A DNA stretch of 64,000 bases from Octopus vulgaris (taxonomy: Eukaryota), in contig OX597823.1 of NCBI GenBank assembly GCA_951406725.2, forward strand, positions 101,432,001 through 101,496,000, written 5' to 3'. The notes under the pieces are model-generated. The model was not told the DNA's origin, did not search any database, and worked only from the letters and a program-made list of their open reading frames with translations. Shown one piece after another: positions 23,657 to 37,520 of the stretch. Made by a program: the position numbers and the translations under genes. Position 1 is the first letter of the stretch, and every line of letters begins with the position of its first letter.

Positions 23657-24978
23657 AACTACTCATGATTCTTCTGGGGTCCTGACCGCTCCTTTAATCG
23701 GTATTTGCTACTTTTTACATTTAACTTCAGATTTTGTACGAAATATAAAGGAAATACTTTCATTGCGAAATCGTTTTTAATCATTACAAATGTAATTCCT
23801 TCCCCACTGTCTTTTGTGTAACAACTTGGGCACTAACAAGCAGTTCTTCAAGTTTTCTATTCCGTTTCGTTGATTTCACACGTCTGCAACAGGAACGCTC
23901 CGCACATTTGATATGGGCGAAAACGTGTCCGATTTTTATCGCTACGATAATGAAAACAGTTCCACATAGTTTATGCATAGTATAACTACTCCTCCATAAA
24001 AACGGATGTGCACATAAACATAGAAATGCATTAAAAGTTATGAGCATACATAAAAAAAAAAAAAAAAAAAAAGAAACAGCGGTGGTGTCCCAGCATGGCC
24101 GCGACCTTCGGGCTAAAACACTTTTAAGGATTTAAGGAAATACATATGTATACATACACATGTTGATGTAGCCTGCTGAGTCAACAAGTTATAGAATATG
24201 TGGAATAGGATTTTTGCTAACAAAAATGTAGAAATGTGTCAGCGATATGTGAGTCATCATTACTAGTTAGTTGATAATAGGCTCCCAAACTTGATGATAT
24301 TTCTAAATGATTGTTTGAATTTCGGATTTTAAAGAGTCCATTTCGCTCTATACCATTCCTTGAATTCAATAAAAATAAAAATAGGAGAAATCGATAAGAA
24401 TAAATTCAATCACCGAAAAGAAAATTTTGGTCTGATGCATTAGACAGACAAAATGTCAAGAGGTACTTTATTAATTTACGTTGCAATTTTTGTTCAAATC
24501 TCAGCAAGGTGCCAGAGAAAAGCTGAGGTCAAATTAATCGACTATAATCCTCTTCCAAATCGACTGTTCTCCTCCCTTCATGTACCAATGTTAGAAACCA
24601 ACTACTATATTGTCATGTAGCAATATGTGCTTGAGTGTTGTGATTTTAAACCAGAGGTTCTGAAACAGGCTCCTGGCAATGTTCGGTCCATCCTCCGTTT
24701 CAGTTTTATGAACTAAATTATATCTCAGTGCGCCTCATTGAAACAATGAAAAAGGTTATAAATGCATATACGCAAAAGAAAGTGTTCTATTCTTCTTTCC
24801 CTTTGTCGATATAAACCGAACCAACACGGATTCATCTGAATGGATTCTAGTGATATGAACGGTATGGAAAGGCACTGTCACTCCTCTCCTTGTAAAAACA
24901 TAAACATATTCTGTACAAAATGTATTGAATAATTCTTGAGCTTAATATTAAATTGTTTTTCTTATAATGTGACATGAA

Positions 24979-25041
<63 letters not shown>

Positions 25042-25491
25042 TTGTCCTTTTTTAATAGACAACCAGTTCACCATGTTGAAAAGTGCTAATTTAAGGCATT
25101 TCAGCCGTGAGCATGCCATCATATTTTCAGATACAGTGTATCTAGATCGACATTATCCTATTTGGTCTTTCCTGTTCATAGATTTCATTGTGTCAATTCA
25201 CGAGCATTTGAATTGATACAATATTATATAAATAATTATGTCCAGCATGATTTCCTCATTATAAGTCCTTTGTAGGTGGTATTTGACTGCTATTTCTGTC
25301 AGATCTGATACGCCCCTCGGTGACTGCTGCGATGATTGGTGGCATACTAAGTTCAGTGGGTCACAAATCTGTGTCATGCATCTATCTTTGTATACACGCA
25401 GCTGTGAAGAGGTGACGATGCATGTGTACAGCCTGCAGGCACAAAAGCAGGCACGTCTGTCTGTCTGTTTGCCTGTCTGTCTGTATATCTA

Positions 25492-25574
<83 letters not shown>

Positions 25575-26135
25575 GTCTGTCTGTTTGTCTGTCTGTCTGT
25601 CCGTCTGTCTGTATATCTATCTATCTATCTGTCTGTCTGCCTGTATGTATGTATGTATGTATGTATGTATGTATGTATGTTTGTATATCTATCTGTCTGT
25701 CTATCTGTCTGTCTGTCTGTATATCTATATGTCTGTCTGTCTGTGTGTGTGTATGCATGCATGCATGCATGTATGTATGTATGTATGTATGCATGTATGT
25801 ATGTATGTATGTATGTATGTATGTATGTATGTATGCATGCATGCATGTATGTATGTATGTATGTATGTCTGCCTGTATGTATGTATGTATGCAGATCAGC
25901 ACATTGCATTGTATTTGTATATGTTAATTAATTAATTCAATAAATTTAAACATCCTGGTGAAACTTTCAGGTTATTACAGACTGAGAAAAGTGATTAGTT
26001 TTTCAATCAGTCTCCCTCTGTTTTCCTCTCTCCTAATAATTATTTCTTGGTGGGGTGGCGAAATTTTAGCTCCTTTCTTGCTTGCCTTTAGTTTCTCTTT
26101 TCTCCCCTTTTTATTCTTTTCACTTTTATCTTTTA

Positions 26136-26520
26136 CTAGCAGTATCGCCCGGCGTTGCTCGGGTTTGTTTCGACCCTTTAGAATTGGAATTTTTGAAAAG
26201 TAAAAATTTTGCATTATGTAGCTTGTTATTCTCTTTAAGTGAACATTTTTCTGGTTGAAAAACACCGAAAAATGGCGACACAGCAGTCAAAAATCGTAGA
26301 AAATAGGGATTTTCATAGAAAAAAAGCACCTTTTTGATGTAAATAAGTTTTGGTGTTACATGGTCCGATTTGAATTTTTCTTCTACGGAAGGAAGAGCAA
26401 GCCTTCTTCTATCATACTCTCAATTTTGGTCAACTTACGCCGCAGGGTCTCGGAGGAGATAGTGTTAGTTGAAGGCTACCAAACCTGCCACACACACACA
26501 GACAACTTCAGCTTTATAGA
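26136..26520 (-). mobile_element. Non-autonomous Helitron, family HA
   Basis: Minus strand begins TC and ends with hairpin CCCGAGCAACGCCGGG, 8 nt, then CTAG. It is inserted at A|T with no duplication, inside the tail of an old S1 SINE. Confidence 0.9.
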
Positions 26521-27036
26521 TTTGTTTCAGTCATTCGACTGCAGCCATGGTGAGCCACAGCTTTGAAACGTTTTTGTCGAACAAATTCGGTATTAATTGT
26601 ATGACTGAACTCCTATGTTACGGAACATAAACAAAGCAACACCGATTATCAAGCAGTAGTGGTGGAGAACAAACCTAAAGATACACATATGTATATACAC
26701 GCCCGTACGCACACACACACGCACACACACACACAGACACACACACGCACACGCACACACACATAAATATGGACATGCACGCGCGCGCACACATACACAC
26801 ATATATACATATATGTATCAGTGGCTTCCACACATTTTCTGTCTATCAAATTTACTCACAAGTCATTGTGTCGGTCCTGGGTTACAGAAGAACCGCGCTG
26901 TATGTACATACATATACATACATACATACATATATATATGTATATATATATATATGTGTATATATATATATATATATCGGAAGGTTTGTATATATATTGT
27001 ATATATATATATGTGTACATATATATATATACACAC

Positions 27037-27083
<47 letters not shown>

Positions 27084-27095
27084 CATATATATAGA

Positions 27096-27486
27096 CTCTT
27101 TCACTCTTTTATTTTTTTTACTTGTTCCAGTCATTTGACTGTGGCCATGCTGGAGCCCCGCCTTTTGTCGAGCAAATCGACCCCAGGACTTATTATTTGG
27201 AAGCCTAGTACTTATTCTATCGGTCTGTTTTGCCGAACCGCTATGTGACGGGGACGTAAACACACCAGCATCGGTTGTCAATACACACACTCACACACAC
27301 ACACATATAGGCATATACATATATACGACGGGCTTCTTTCAGTTTCCGTCTACCAAATCCACTCACAAAGCTTTGGTCGGCCCGAGGTTATAGTAGAAGA
27401 CACTTGCCCAAGGTGCCACGCAGTGGCACCGAACCCGGAACCATGTGGTTGGTAAGCAAGCTACTTACCACACAGCCACTCCTACG
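27096..27486 (-). mobile_element. Near full-length S1 SINE
   Basis: Reverse complement of 20509-20925. Confidence 0.92.
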
Positions 27487-27829
27487 TATGTATTATGTAT
27501 ATATGTATGTATATAAATACACATACATTGAGAGGGAGAGTGGGAGGATTGATGAATAACGTAGATAGTATGTTTATACCTCCGTCTCCGTATCGATTCC
27601 ATATCTCACTCCGTCCCTCTCTCCCGCTCAGTCCCCACCCTCTCTCTCTCTTTCACTCTCCTTCATGATTTGTCAACCTATTTGCCAAAGGTCAGATGGT
27701 TTCACTTGCTCTTTGTTACAAGAATTATCTTTAACACCTCATGATTCGTTTTCTCTTCATTCCGGACGTAATTTTAATTAAGTGAAACTTTTGAAGTTCC
27801 ACTGTTAGATGCGTTGGTTTCCATTTAAC

Positions 27830-27976
<147 letters not shown>

Positions 27977-27977
27977 G

Positions 27978-28029
<52 letters not shown>

Positions 28030-28073
28030 CCTACCTGTTTGTCTATCTGTCTGTTTGTTTCTCTGTCTGCCTG

Positions 28074-28172
<99 letters not shown>

Positions 28173-28792
28173 GTATGTCTATCTATCTGTCTGTCTGTCT
28201 GCATGTAAGCCTGTATGTTTATCTGTCTGTCAAACTATATGTACTTATGTGTGATTATGGTTTCGTGTCAATTCAAGCCTTATGAATGAAATATTTAGAG
28301 AGAATTGCATTGAAGCTTGTTGGATTGATTACGTCTGCCATTCAAAGGGTCATCCTTCTTATACACAATATTCCGCTGAATATTAAGTTAATGATACAAG
28401 ATGCTAATCCAATGAACTGATGCAATGTTTAAGTCCACTAAACAACTTAGTTATTCGCAGTCGACATCGACAGCAGATCCCTTTACTTGAACGTATGTAT
28501 CTCAGCCTGTCTATCTTTTATTATTATACTAAAATTAAGATGACTAGATGGCAGATTGGTCAGACCGTTGGAAATAATGTTTCGAGATAATTCTTCCTGC
28601 TTTTCACCTTTTGATTATAATTCCCGTCGAGGCCAACTTTGCATATCGTTCTTTTGGAACCGATCAGATAAACTATCACTCAAGCACTAGGGCAGATGAT
28701 CAGCAAGACCCCGCCCTTCAAAACTGTTAACCTTGTTCCTAAATTGGAAGCCTTTGTTACATTAAAATATTAGACGACAACTTAGCATTTAA

Positions 28793-29010
28793 AGTGGCGA
28801 GCTGGCAGAATCATTAGCATGCCGGACAAAATGCTTAGCGGCTTTTCTTCCGTCTTTACCTTCTGAGTTCAAATTCCGCCGAACTCGATTTTTGCCTTTC
28901 ATTCTTTTGGGTGTCGATAAAATAAGTACCAGTTGAGCACTGGAGTCGATGTAATCGACTAAACCCTTGCTCCTAAATTGCTGGCCTTGTGCCAAAATTT
29001 GAAACCACTG
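28793..29010 (+). mobile_element. S2 SINE, flanked by older S2 remnants (about 28545-28755 and 29025-29118)
   Basis: GTGGCGAGCTGGCAGAATCATTAGC...GAGTTCAAATTCCGCCG. Confidence 0.85.
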
Positions 29011-29730
29011 TTACATTAAGAGAGGGCTGCAAGCTGGCAAGAATGGTTAGAGCGTCAGAAAATTACCGTGTTGTCTTTTTCCTGTTCTTTACGTTCTACA
29101 ATCAAATCCGCCGAGGCGTTGGTATGGTCACAGCGTTTCGGCCATTCTCACATACAGCAACATTGTCCGAATTTCATCAAATCTATGACGGTGGATTTCT
29201 CTCATTCCATTGTACGTAACATAAATACTTTCATGTTAGATGTTCTTCTCGATGCAACTTGCTCGCTCCGCCTAAACCACCGATTTAACTCACCAACTAA
29301 ATTACTACACATAATCACATTTATATTCAGTTTCCTATTGCTCCATAGGAGAAATCAGTAATATAAATTAGAAGCCTGAAACATAATCATTTGCATAGTC
29401 TAATCAGATTTAAAGTTCTTTCTTCATTAGTTATAAAGAATATTAAACCAACAGCCATTAAATGTTAGGTTTAAAGCTCTTAATTTACATTCATCAAGTT
29501 ATCCTACGGGGTAATAGCCTAATGATTATAAAGGTGGATTAAATGTAATAATTTACCTCGTGGGCGTGAATTTCATTCGTGGTTAAAGTAGAACGGTTAA
29601 ACGGCATCAGAACGAAATGAGAACAATCTACTCCTGCTGACTTAATATAAAATCGGTTTGAAAACCGATGAACGTTGCCGAATACGTCAGGTACCTGAAG
29701 AAGGCCGCAGGTTACAACAACCGAAATATT

Positions 29731-30127
29731 CTTTTGTACTCTAGGCACAAGGCCCAAAATTTTTGGGGAGGGGTCTAGTCGATTAGATCGACCTTAGTAC
29801 GCAACTTAGTACTTAATTTATCGATCCCTAATGGATGAAAGGCAAGGTCGACCTCAGCGGAATTCGAACTCAGAACGTAACGGCAGACGAAATACCTATT
29901 TCTTTACTACCCACAAGGGACTAAACACAGAGATGGCAAATAAGGACACAAAAACGGATTAAGTCGACTATATCGACCCCAGTGCGTAACTGGTACTTAA
30001 TTTATCGACCCCAAGAGGATGAAAGGTAAAGTCGACCTCGGCGGAATTTGAACTCAGAACGTAGCGGCAGACGAAATAGTGCTAGGCATTTCGCCCTGTG
30101 TGCTAACGTTTCTGCCAGCTCGTCGCC
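29731..30127 (-). mobile_element. Dimeric S2 SINE with a 19-bp target-site duplication
   Basis: TTACAACAACCGAAATATT at 29712-29730 and 30128-30146. Confidence 0.92.
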
Positions 30128-30227
30128 TTACAACAACCGAAATATTGTGGCAAAAACAACCGATAAGGGGAAATCAGTCTGAATATATAAATGCATCATA
30201 ATGCTACTCTCTCACCCTACTCTCCCC

Positions 30228-30296
<69 letters not shown>

Positions 30297-30313
30297 CCTA
30301 CCTACCTATCTAC

Positions 30314-30377
<64 letters not shown>

Positions 30378-30697
30378 TTTAAGCGTAAATCTGTAACCAA
30401 AAGAGACAACGAGAGGTAAGGTGACTTACTCATGTGTTCATTTTGGAACTGTTTGAGGTGATCTTGGTCTTTTTTGTAGGTTTTTCTTTCCAGGGCTACA
30501 CCTAAACTGTGAACTTTATATTTATATATATATATATATATATAATATTTTTATACACCACACAACCCACAGATCCCTATTGATCGAACGTTTTTTTCTT
30601 TGTGTCCCACCCATCCCACCTCGAAAGGAAAAAAACTCTATATTGTATTTCGTCCATTTTTATTCTGTGTTTAGCCCTGTGTGGCCACAAGAAAAAG

Positions 30698-30753
<56 letters not shown>

Positions 30754-30936
30754 TTATCCAACTGTTTAAATTTAAATAATAAAGGTGAAAAATTGAATAT
30801 TAATTTGATAAATATCAATTTAAAACCAGTTGCCAATATCCAACTGTTTATATGGATATATATTTGCAAATATGTTTGTCTGTGCATGTTCCTCTTTCTA
30901 TCAATTTCCTCCTCTTCTCTCTCTTTTTAAGTGCGC

Positions 30937-30969
<33 letters not shown>

Positions 30970-31489
30970 TCACTTGTAGTTCTGTATTGAAAGGAGCAGA
31001 GTGTGATAAGCTAAGCAATACAGCGTATATGAGATTTGGGTGAAAGATGTTGGAGTTCGGTGGAGTTATGGGCGGTGGATGAGCCATGATGAGGAGATGT
31101 TGGTGAGAACAAGAAGAAGAATGAAGAGAGGCATTTAAGGTGTGTATAGAAGTGTATGCGGGGAGTAAGGGAGTATGAGATGGAGTAGTAAGGTGAAGTG
31201 GATTAGATACAGAGTCGGAAAGAGGCGATAGAGGGAAGGAAAAAGGAGGAGGGTTGTTCATAATGCTGGTGTTTAGCCCTAGGTCACTCCTGATTGCGAA
31301 AACGTTTGCCCTATTGTATCCCAGTCGTGACTATTCGATCTTTTATTCAGACATTGGATATCAAGAATATGATATTAAATGTATCCTTTCTTTAAGGTAG
31401 TGCAGGATGTATGATTTAAGAGATGTATGTTTCGCTGCTGTTTTTAGCAAATCGGGAGACTACGTAGATTGCTCCCGCATTAATGCGAG

Positions 31490-31520
<31 letters not shown>

Positions 31521-33404
31521 AAAGTAAGTGATGGCAAATAGCTAAAGTGAGAAGGTGGGCTGGAGAGAGTTAATGTAAAAGAAAGAGGAAGGAGGTGAGA
31601 TGTGAGGGAGAGAAAGATACTGTGTGAGTGTGAGTCAATTACAGAGGTTAGGGAGTATGAGTGGGGGGGGAGAGAAGATGCGAGTGAAATGAAACATGTT
31701 GAGGTGGAGCTGCTGGCTTAGACGAGTTCACTCGTGAGTGACTGTATATGTGAACGTATGTTGTGCGTATGTGTGTGTGTGCGTGCATGCATATGAGTTA
31801 TTGTATATCTGTACTTACGTTGAAAGTGTGTGTGCATGTGCGCGCATGTGAGTGACTGTGTGTGTGTGTGTGTGTGTGCTTGTGTGTCTTTTCAAATCAC
31901 CTGACAAAGGAAGATTATGCACCCAGAAATCGTCTATCGAACCGACACAAGTAGCATTGAATCCACCCATCATAATGCATGGACACAGTAGTTACCCAGT
32001 GGACTCAAGGGTGTAGGAACCCAATACATATTGGTGTAGTTGCCTATGTAGGGGCACCAGTGCGTTGCTTTTCCCGAGACAGGGCCCAGTGATCTTGTTA
32101 AGAGAGGCCTGTATACAGGCATCAACTGAGATAACTCTGACATATAGTATGCCTGGATCGTGCCTCTTCTACTAGATTCTCTACGGACGGCTAATCCAAG
32201 GTCAGCTCATGATTGGAAAAAAAAATCAAAGAATTGATTCAAAGACCAGTTGAAGATGAGCTTGAAGCGGAGAAATATTAAATCTTCAAGAGTGGGAGTT
32301 ATCGCTATTTGTCGTTCACTAACGCATTGTGACTGATGGAGAGTAATTGAAGATGTATATCTTTTGTCATTTATTTGTTTCAGTATTTGGAGTGCTGTAG
32401 CACTAACCTCAAGCGTTTAGTCTAACAAACTGATCCCAGTAATAATTTTTAAGTAGGGTACTTATTCTGTTGTGCCGGTATTGTCGGACGACTAAGTTAT
32501 GGGGACGTATACAAACCAAATCTTGTTGTCAAGCAGTGATGGGAGCAAACACAAATACAAAAGCACACAGATTCACACAAATTCACCCCCCCACACACAC
32601 ACATTAGCTACTCGTATTCAATTATTATTCAAGGCTTTGTGAGTCCGTCTCTGTGATTTTTACAAAGACTAACAAGTACGAGTAAAATACCTCCATCAAA
32701 ACTTGCAAGGAGTTTGGTAAATTTGCCAACGAGTTATGTGCATGTTCCTAACAGGACTATTTCGAAAGAGATTATAGCAAAATATAGGTAATACATGAAA
32801 TGTATTATTAATTGGAGTAATGGGGATTTATGGTATTGAATCGTATATTATATAAGATGTCCTGTTTTAAACCAGTATAATGTGATATAAGAGAGATTCG
32901 GTTACTATTTGTTGCAAGAAAGTCGACCACAGAAAAGCTGCCATAATCCGTAGGTGTATGATTGTGCGTGCTTCGGTGTGCGTGTGTATATGTATTGTCA
33001 TGGTAGGCAAGACAGGCAGTCTTTATCCAAAGCAGAAGTATAAATATTAGTTTTTAGATATATGAAGTACACTATATTATAGAAATGTTAATTTCATAAA
33101 TAGAAATCAATGGGTAATTCAGTAAATGATTAATATTTTGAAGTTAGGCACAATATCCGCTGCCTTTCAAGTTCAATGAATATAGATACATTAAATATAG
33201 TTTTCATGAAATGAAAATATATTCCGTTACTGTTAAGTGCCATTACTGTGTGAGGTAGGTGCGCGCGCTTGTTTATATCACGCGATTGTGTTTCCGTTCT
33301 GTGTACGTTTACCCCTGTTTACCGAGTTAAGTTTGATATATTTCATTTCATGTTAGCGTACGAAATGATAATAATATATGTATGTGCGTGTATATATATA
33401 TAAA

Positions 33405-33449
<45 letters not shown>

Positions 33450-33561
33450 CACACATATATATATATACACACATGCAAACACGCATACAAATTCACACAC
33501 ACACATACGTAATATTTGTGCAAATATATAATGTATATATATGCATATGTATATGTATATA

Positions 33562-33616
<55 letters not shown>

Positions 33617-33684
33617 ATATACACACAAATATATATATATATGTACATATCTACGTTCGTGTATGGCCGTTTGTGTGCGTGTGT

Positions 33685-33717
<33 letters not shown>

Positions 33718-33719
<2 letters not shown>

Positions 33720-33900
33720 CAGAACACGGAAAAGGAAACCCTGCTGCTCCATTGGAGAATATTCGTGCTCAGTCGTCTGGATTTCTGCTCCCAATTATGG
33801 TTGTTACAAAGCGTCACTACAAGAAAATTGCCTCGATGCAACAGCTAGGCTGCTGGAAGAGGCCAAAAGCACTGAAGCACTAATACTTTGAGAGAAGGCG
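33718..33900 (+). mobile_element. Older CR1-type LINE fragment
   Basis: [42 protein letters not shown] aligns with the C-terminus of the 11328-13264 LINE. Confidence 0.75.
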
Positions 33901-35763
33901 TAGCAATCCCTTCAAAAGTTCATCTGAAATAACCCCTACAAACCTATGCAGCTTCAGACACCCAACTTCTTGTCCTTTAGATCACCGCTGTCTCACAATA
34001 AACATTGTTTATAAGTGTACAGTACTTTAACTACTCATATATCGGCTCATGTAGCACCACCATCAAAGCTAGAGTGAGCTAGAGTTATTTCTCACTACAT
34101 TTATATCCTCCTCTCCTTCTCTGCTCTCTACACATTCATATTGAATCTTCCATGTGTTAACATGTACCTCCTTGCGACAATGTAAACTTTCATTTAATCA
34201 AGACATCCTTGGCCTGAAGAGTATCTTCAGGCCAATCATATATATAAAAAATCATATATCTATATGATATCATATTTTTTAGATATATGATGTTATTCAT
34301 AGAATCAGTAAACTAGGGTTTCAAGTTTAATTTTAGGAATAACTGACTTAACATATTCATCCACGTTCTCACTCACACGCACACATATGGGATATATGCT
34401 GTGAGTTACACTCAGTAAATTACTCCAAAATATTCACACAAAGATACACCGAAATACACTAGAGTAACCGTAATAGAGTTAAACATATAGAATAAAATAA
34501 ACACGCTGATATACATGCAATGTGTGTATGTATCATAACATATGAATGTGATGGTGTGTATAATAGCATGTGTTCATCATAGTCTACTTATATCATGGTG
34601 TGCACATTTTTATATTTTTATACCAGTGTGTAAGATAGCAAGTCTATTATAGTGTGTATTTTATATTGTCTGCATTTAATAGTGTATGTGTTTACATGTA
34701 AATACACGCATATACAGACGAACACATAAACATAGACATTAACACACACACACACACACACACACTAAAATGCTCATAACACATACAAACATACACTAAA
34801 ATTACTCATTCTAGCACACACACACACACACACACACAGATTTACTCACTTAATTACCCATTCTAACGAGCACACACTTAATTGGTAATTACTGATACTT
34901 CTGAATATAACAATATTGATTTCTTCTTTGATACGAGGTCACAATTATTAGGATCAATAAAATAAATACTTGACCGGTACTTATTTATCGATCCCAGAAA
35001 GATAAAAGGCTGAGGGGATCACAACAGATTTTTAAATACAGCGAGATGTATTCTAGTGCACCCCTGATTCTAGTCATTACTTACTTCTTCAACTGCTTCT
35101 ACATCATCCTTTGTTTGTTTTAACTCACCCTTTGGGCCATGTCGCTTTCCTCCGACCCGTTTCTCGTCTTCCTCCTCCTTATCATCATCACCATCAACGT
35201 CGTCGTCGTCGTCATCATCATCTCCATCCTCTCGTTTACTGTGTCTCACATCTCAATTTGTGTGTGAGTTAAACTTACCTGTATTAGGTCGGCCTAATAC
35301 ATCACCCTGTTTAACAACGCCACCTGGTTGCCTTTGCTTCACTTTAATAGACTTTACATCTGGAGCAAGTTTTCGAGCCAGACTCTCGGTTCATCCCATA
35401 CTCGCATTTTCCTTTATAAATACCGTCAATCTCACCAATCTAGGAAGATGTGTAAAGTTTTCTGGTCAAGGTTCTCCTTTCCTAATCAATTTATTCTTAT
35501 TCAAGAATGGATTGTTCCCGACGGTGGGAGAATCCTCAGATCCCATTGAACAGCTATCGCCCACTCCAGATGGAGAAGCAACCAGTCCGCCCAGGCAGCT
35601 GAAATCAGGAGTAGGAAGACTGATGAATGTAGCGGTAGAAACGTGGATCCATAAAATAGAATGCTACAACTCACACAACACCGGGACTGCCATTCACGCA
35701 TCGGACTGCTCAACCACAGACAACGCCGTTTCTGTAAAGCGGACAACTAGGAACTTTATAAAA

Positions 35764-36600
35764 CAGGGTGATTGAAAAGTAACTCTCTATTTTAAAATAC
35801 TTATAATTTATTTATTAACAATAATGTTTTTCTCAAATTTATTGCGTATGTTCTTTAAGGTATGGAAATTAATGCTATGTTGTTTTTTTTTCAGATCGAT
35901 TATTTTGTTTGAAATTTAGTAGCCCTACAAACATGATCTGATCTCTTTAAGAATATCCTCTGAAGTGATGAAGCGCTATTCCACATCGGTAGGTCTCTGA
36001 ACCGTCACAACTGCCACTACTGGGCAGGAGAAGATCCTCGTATTACCTCTGAAAAAATGCAGAATCGGCACAAAGTAACGGTATGGTGTGGAATGACTTT
36101 GGACAGGATTGTGGGTCCTTTCATCCTTTGCAATACCATGAATGCTGAAAGGTACCTCCATGCTGCAAGATGAAATCTGATCGGTTATCAGTACTTGGGA
36201 GAATATTGAAGATTTGATTTTTACGCAAGATGGCGCTCCTCCACATTTTGCTATTGTTCGTGAATGGCTGAATGCCCGCTTCTCTGGGAGATGGATGGGT
36301 CGTCGAGGTCCGAATGCGACTTCTTTCTTTGGGGTCGGTTAAAGGATCAAGTCTGCTCTATCAAACCAACGACTTTGGAAGAACTTGAAGGGTGAATACG
36401 AGAAGTTATGTTTTCCAAAATCAGTTGATACGGTTCCTGGGTGGCTTGAGAAACTCTGTGGCGAATACTGGTGCCTATATCGAATTTAAATAAAATTCCA
36501 TGCCATACGCTTTCTTAACATATTCATTTTTTCTAAAAATTATAGTTAATAAATAAATTATAAGTATTTTAAAATAGGGAGATACTTTTCAATCACCTTG
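35764..36600 (+). mobile_element. Internally deleted Tc1/mariner element (DD41D/rosa-like) with ~56-bp terminal inverted repeats
   Basis: TIR CAGGGTGATTGAAAAGTAACTCTCTATTTTAAAATACTTATAATTTATTTATTAAC is mirrored at the right end, followed by TA. Internal translation: SDEALFH..NRHNCHYW, KVTVWCG..IVGPF, QDGAPPHF..GRWMGRRGP, DFFLWG.LK. Confidence 0.9.
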
Positions 36601-37087
36601 TAATATTATCAATGATAGAGGGCATAGCATTCCGGAAAGATGAAAGGAAATGTCGACGTCGGCACAGTTTGAACCTAAAGGAATGAGACTAAATACTTAC
36701 GCTCGGTTACTTCAGCAACTATTATTTCCTGTGAGACATGAAGATAATTACTGTATTTCTCTGTTAAGTCCACATATGTGTATATCACATTTAGGCTTCA
36801 GAACAAAGTAGAGTAGTTGACAAAGCACTACTTTGTGCCATTTATCACTTGTTTCAAACAAATGTTGAAATATTATTGTTTAATTTAGTATTATGTGAGA
36901 AGCTTAATTTCCTTTGTGTGCCTATTGCGTGACGGATTTTCACGCACAAGTACACATTTAAGAAGAGAGAATATTGCTTATAAGACAGAAATCATTGATC
37001 TATACCTAGTATTACAACAGACCGAATATTCATATAGCTGTAATTACGCGAACACACACACACAGATAGACTGTCAGACAGACAGAC

Positions 37088-37150
<63 letters not shown>

Positions 37151-37299
37151 TAGATAGTGATTTCTGATTCAGGAACAAATCAAATATTTTGAGGGAGGGG
37201 TTTAGTCGAATGCATCAACCTCTCGTATCTAGTTGACTAGTTCTTTATTTCATCACCCAGAAGGATAAAAGACTAAGTTGACCTTGGCTGGAATTGAAA

Positions 37300-37520
37300 T
37301 AATATTGGTTTCAAATTTGGCACGAGACTACCAATTTCGGAGGAGTGAGTAAATCGATTACATCGACCCCAGTGTTTAACTGGTACTTATTTTATCGACA
37401 CCGAAAGGATGAAAGGCGAAATCTACCTCGGCAGAATTTGAACTCATAGAATAAGGCTAGAAGAAATGCAGCTAAGCATTTTTTATTGCCGTGCTAACGG
37501 TTCTGCCAGCTCGCCACCTT
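37300..37520 (-). mobile_element. S2 SINE
   Basis: Reverse complement of the S2 head and tail. Confidence 0.8.

Noticed and set aside
29690-29730. Hammerhead-like CTGAAGA...CCGAAA interrupted by a SINE
   Set aside because: No valid UH site or helix I after rejoining the flanks; at most a decayed relic.
31900-32330. Possible exon or RTE 5' UTR
   Set aside because: No open frame with splice signals, and the similarity to retroelement leaders is too weak to support.
35260-35775. 171-aa plus-strand ORF
   Set aside because: Non-ATG start, no recognisable motif, and it runs into a transposon TIR.
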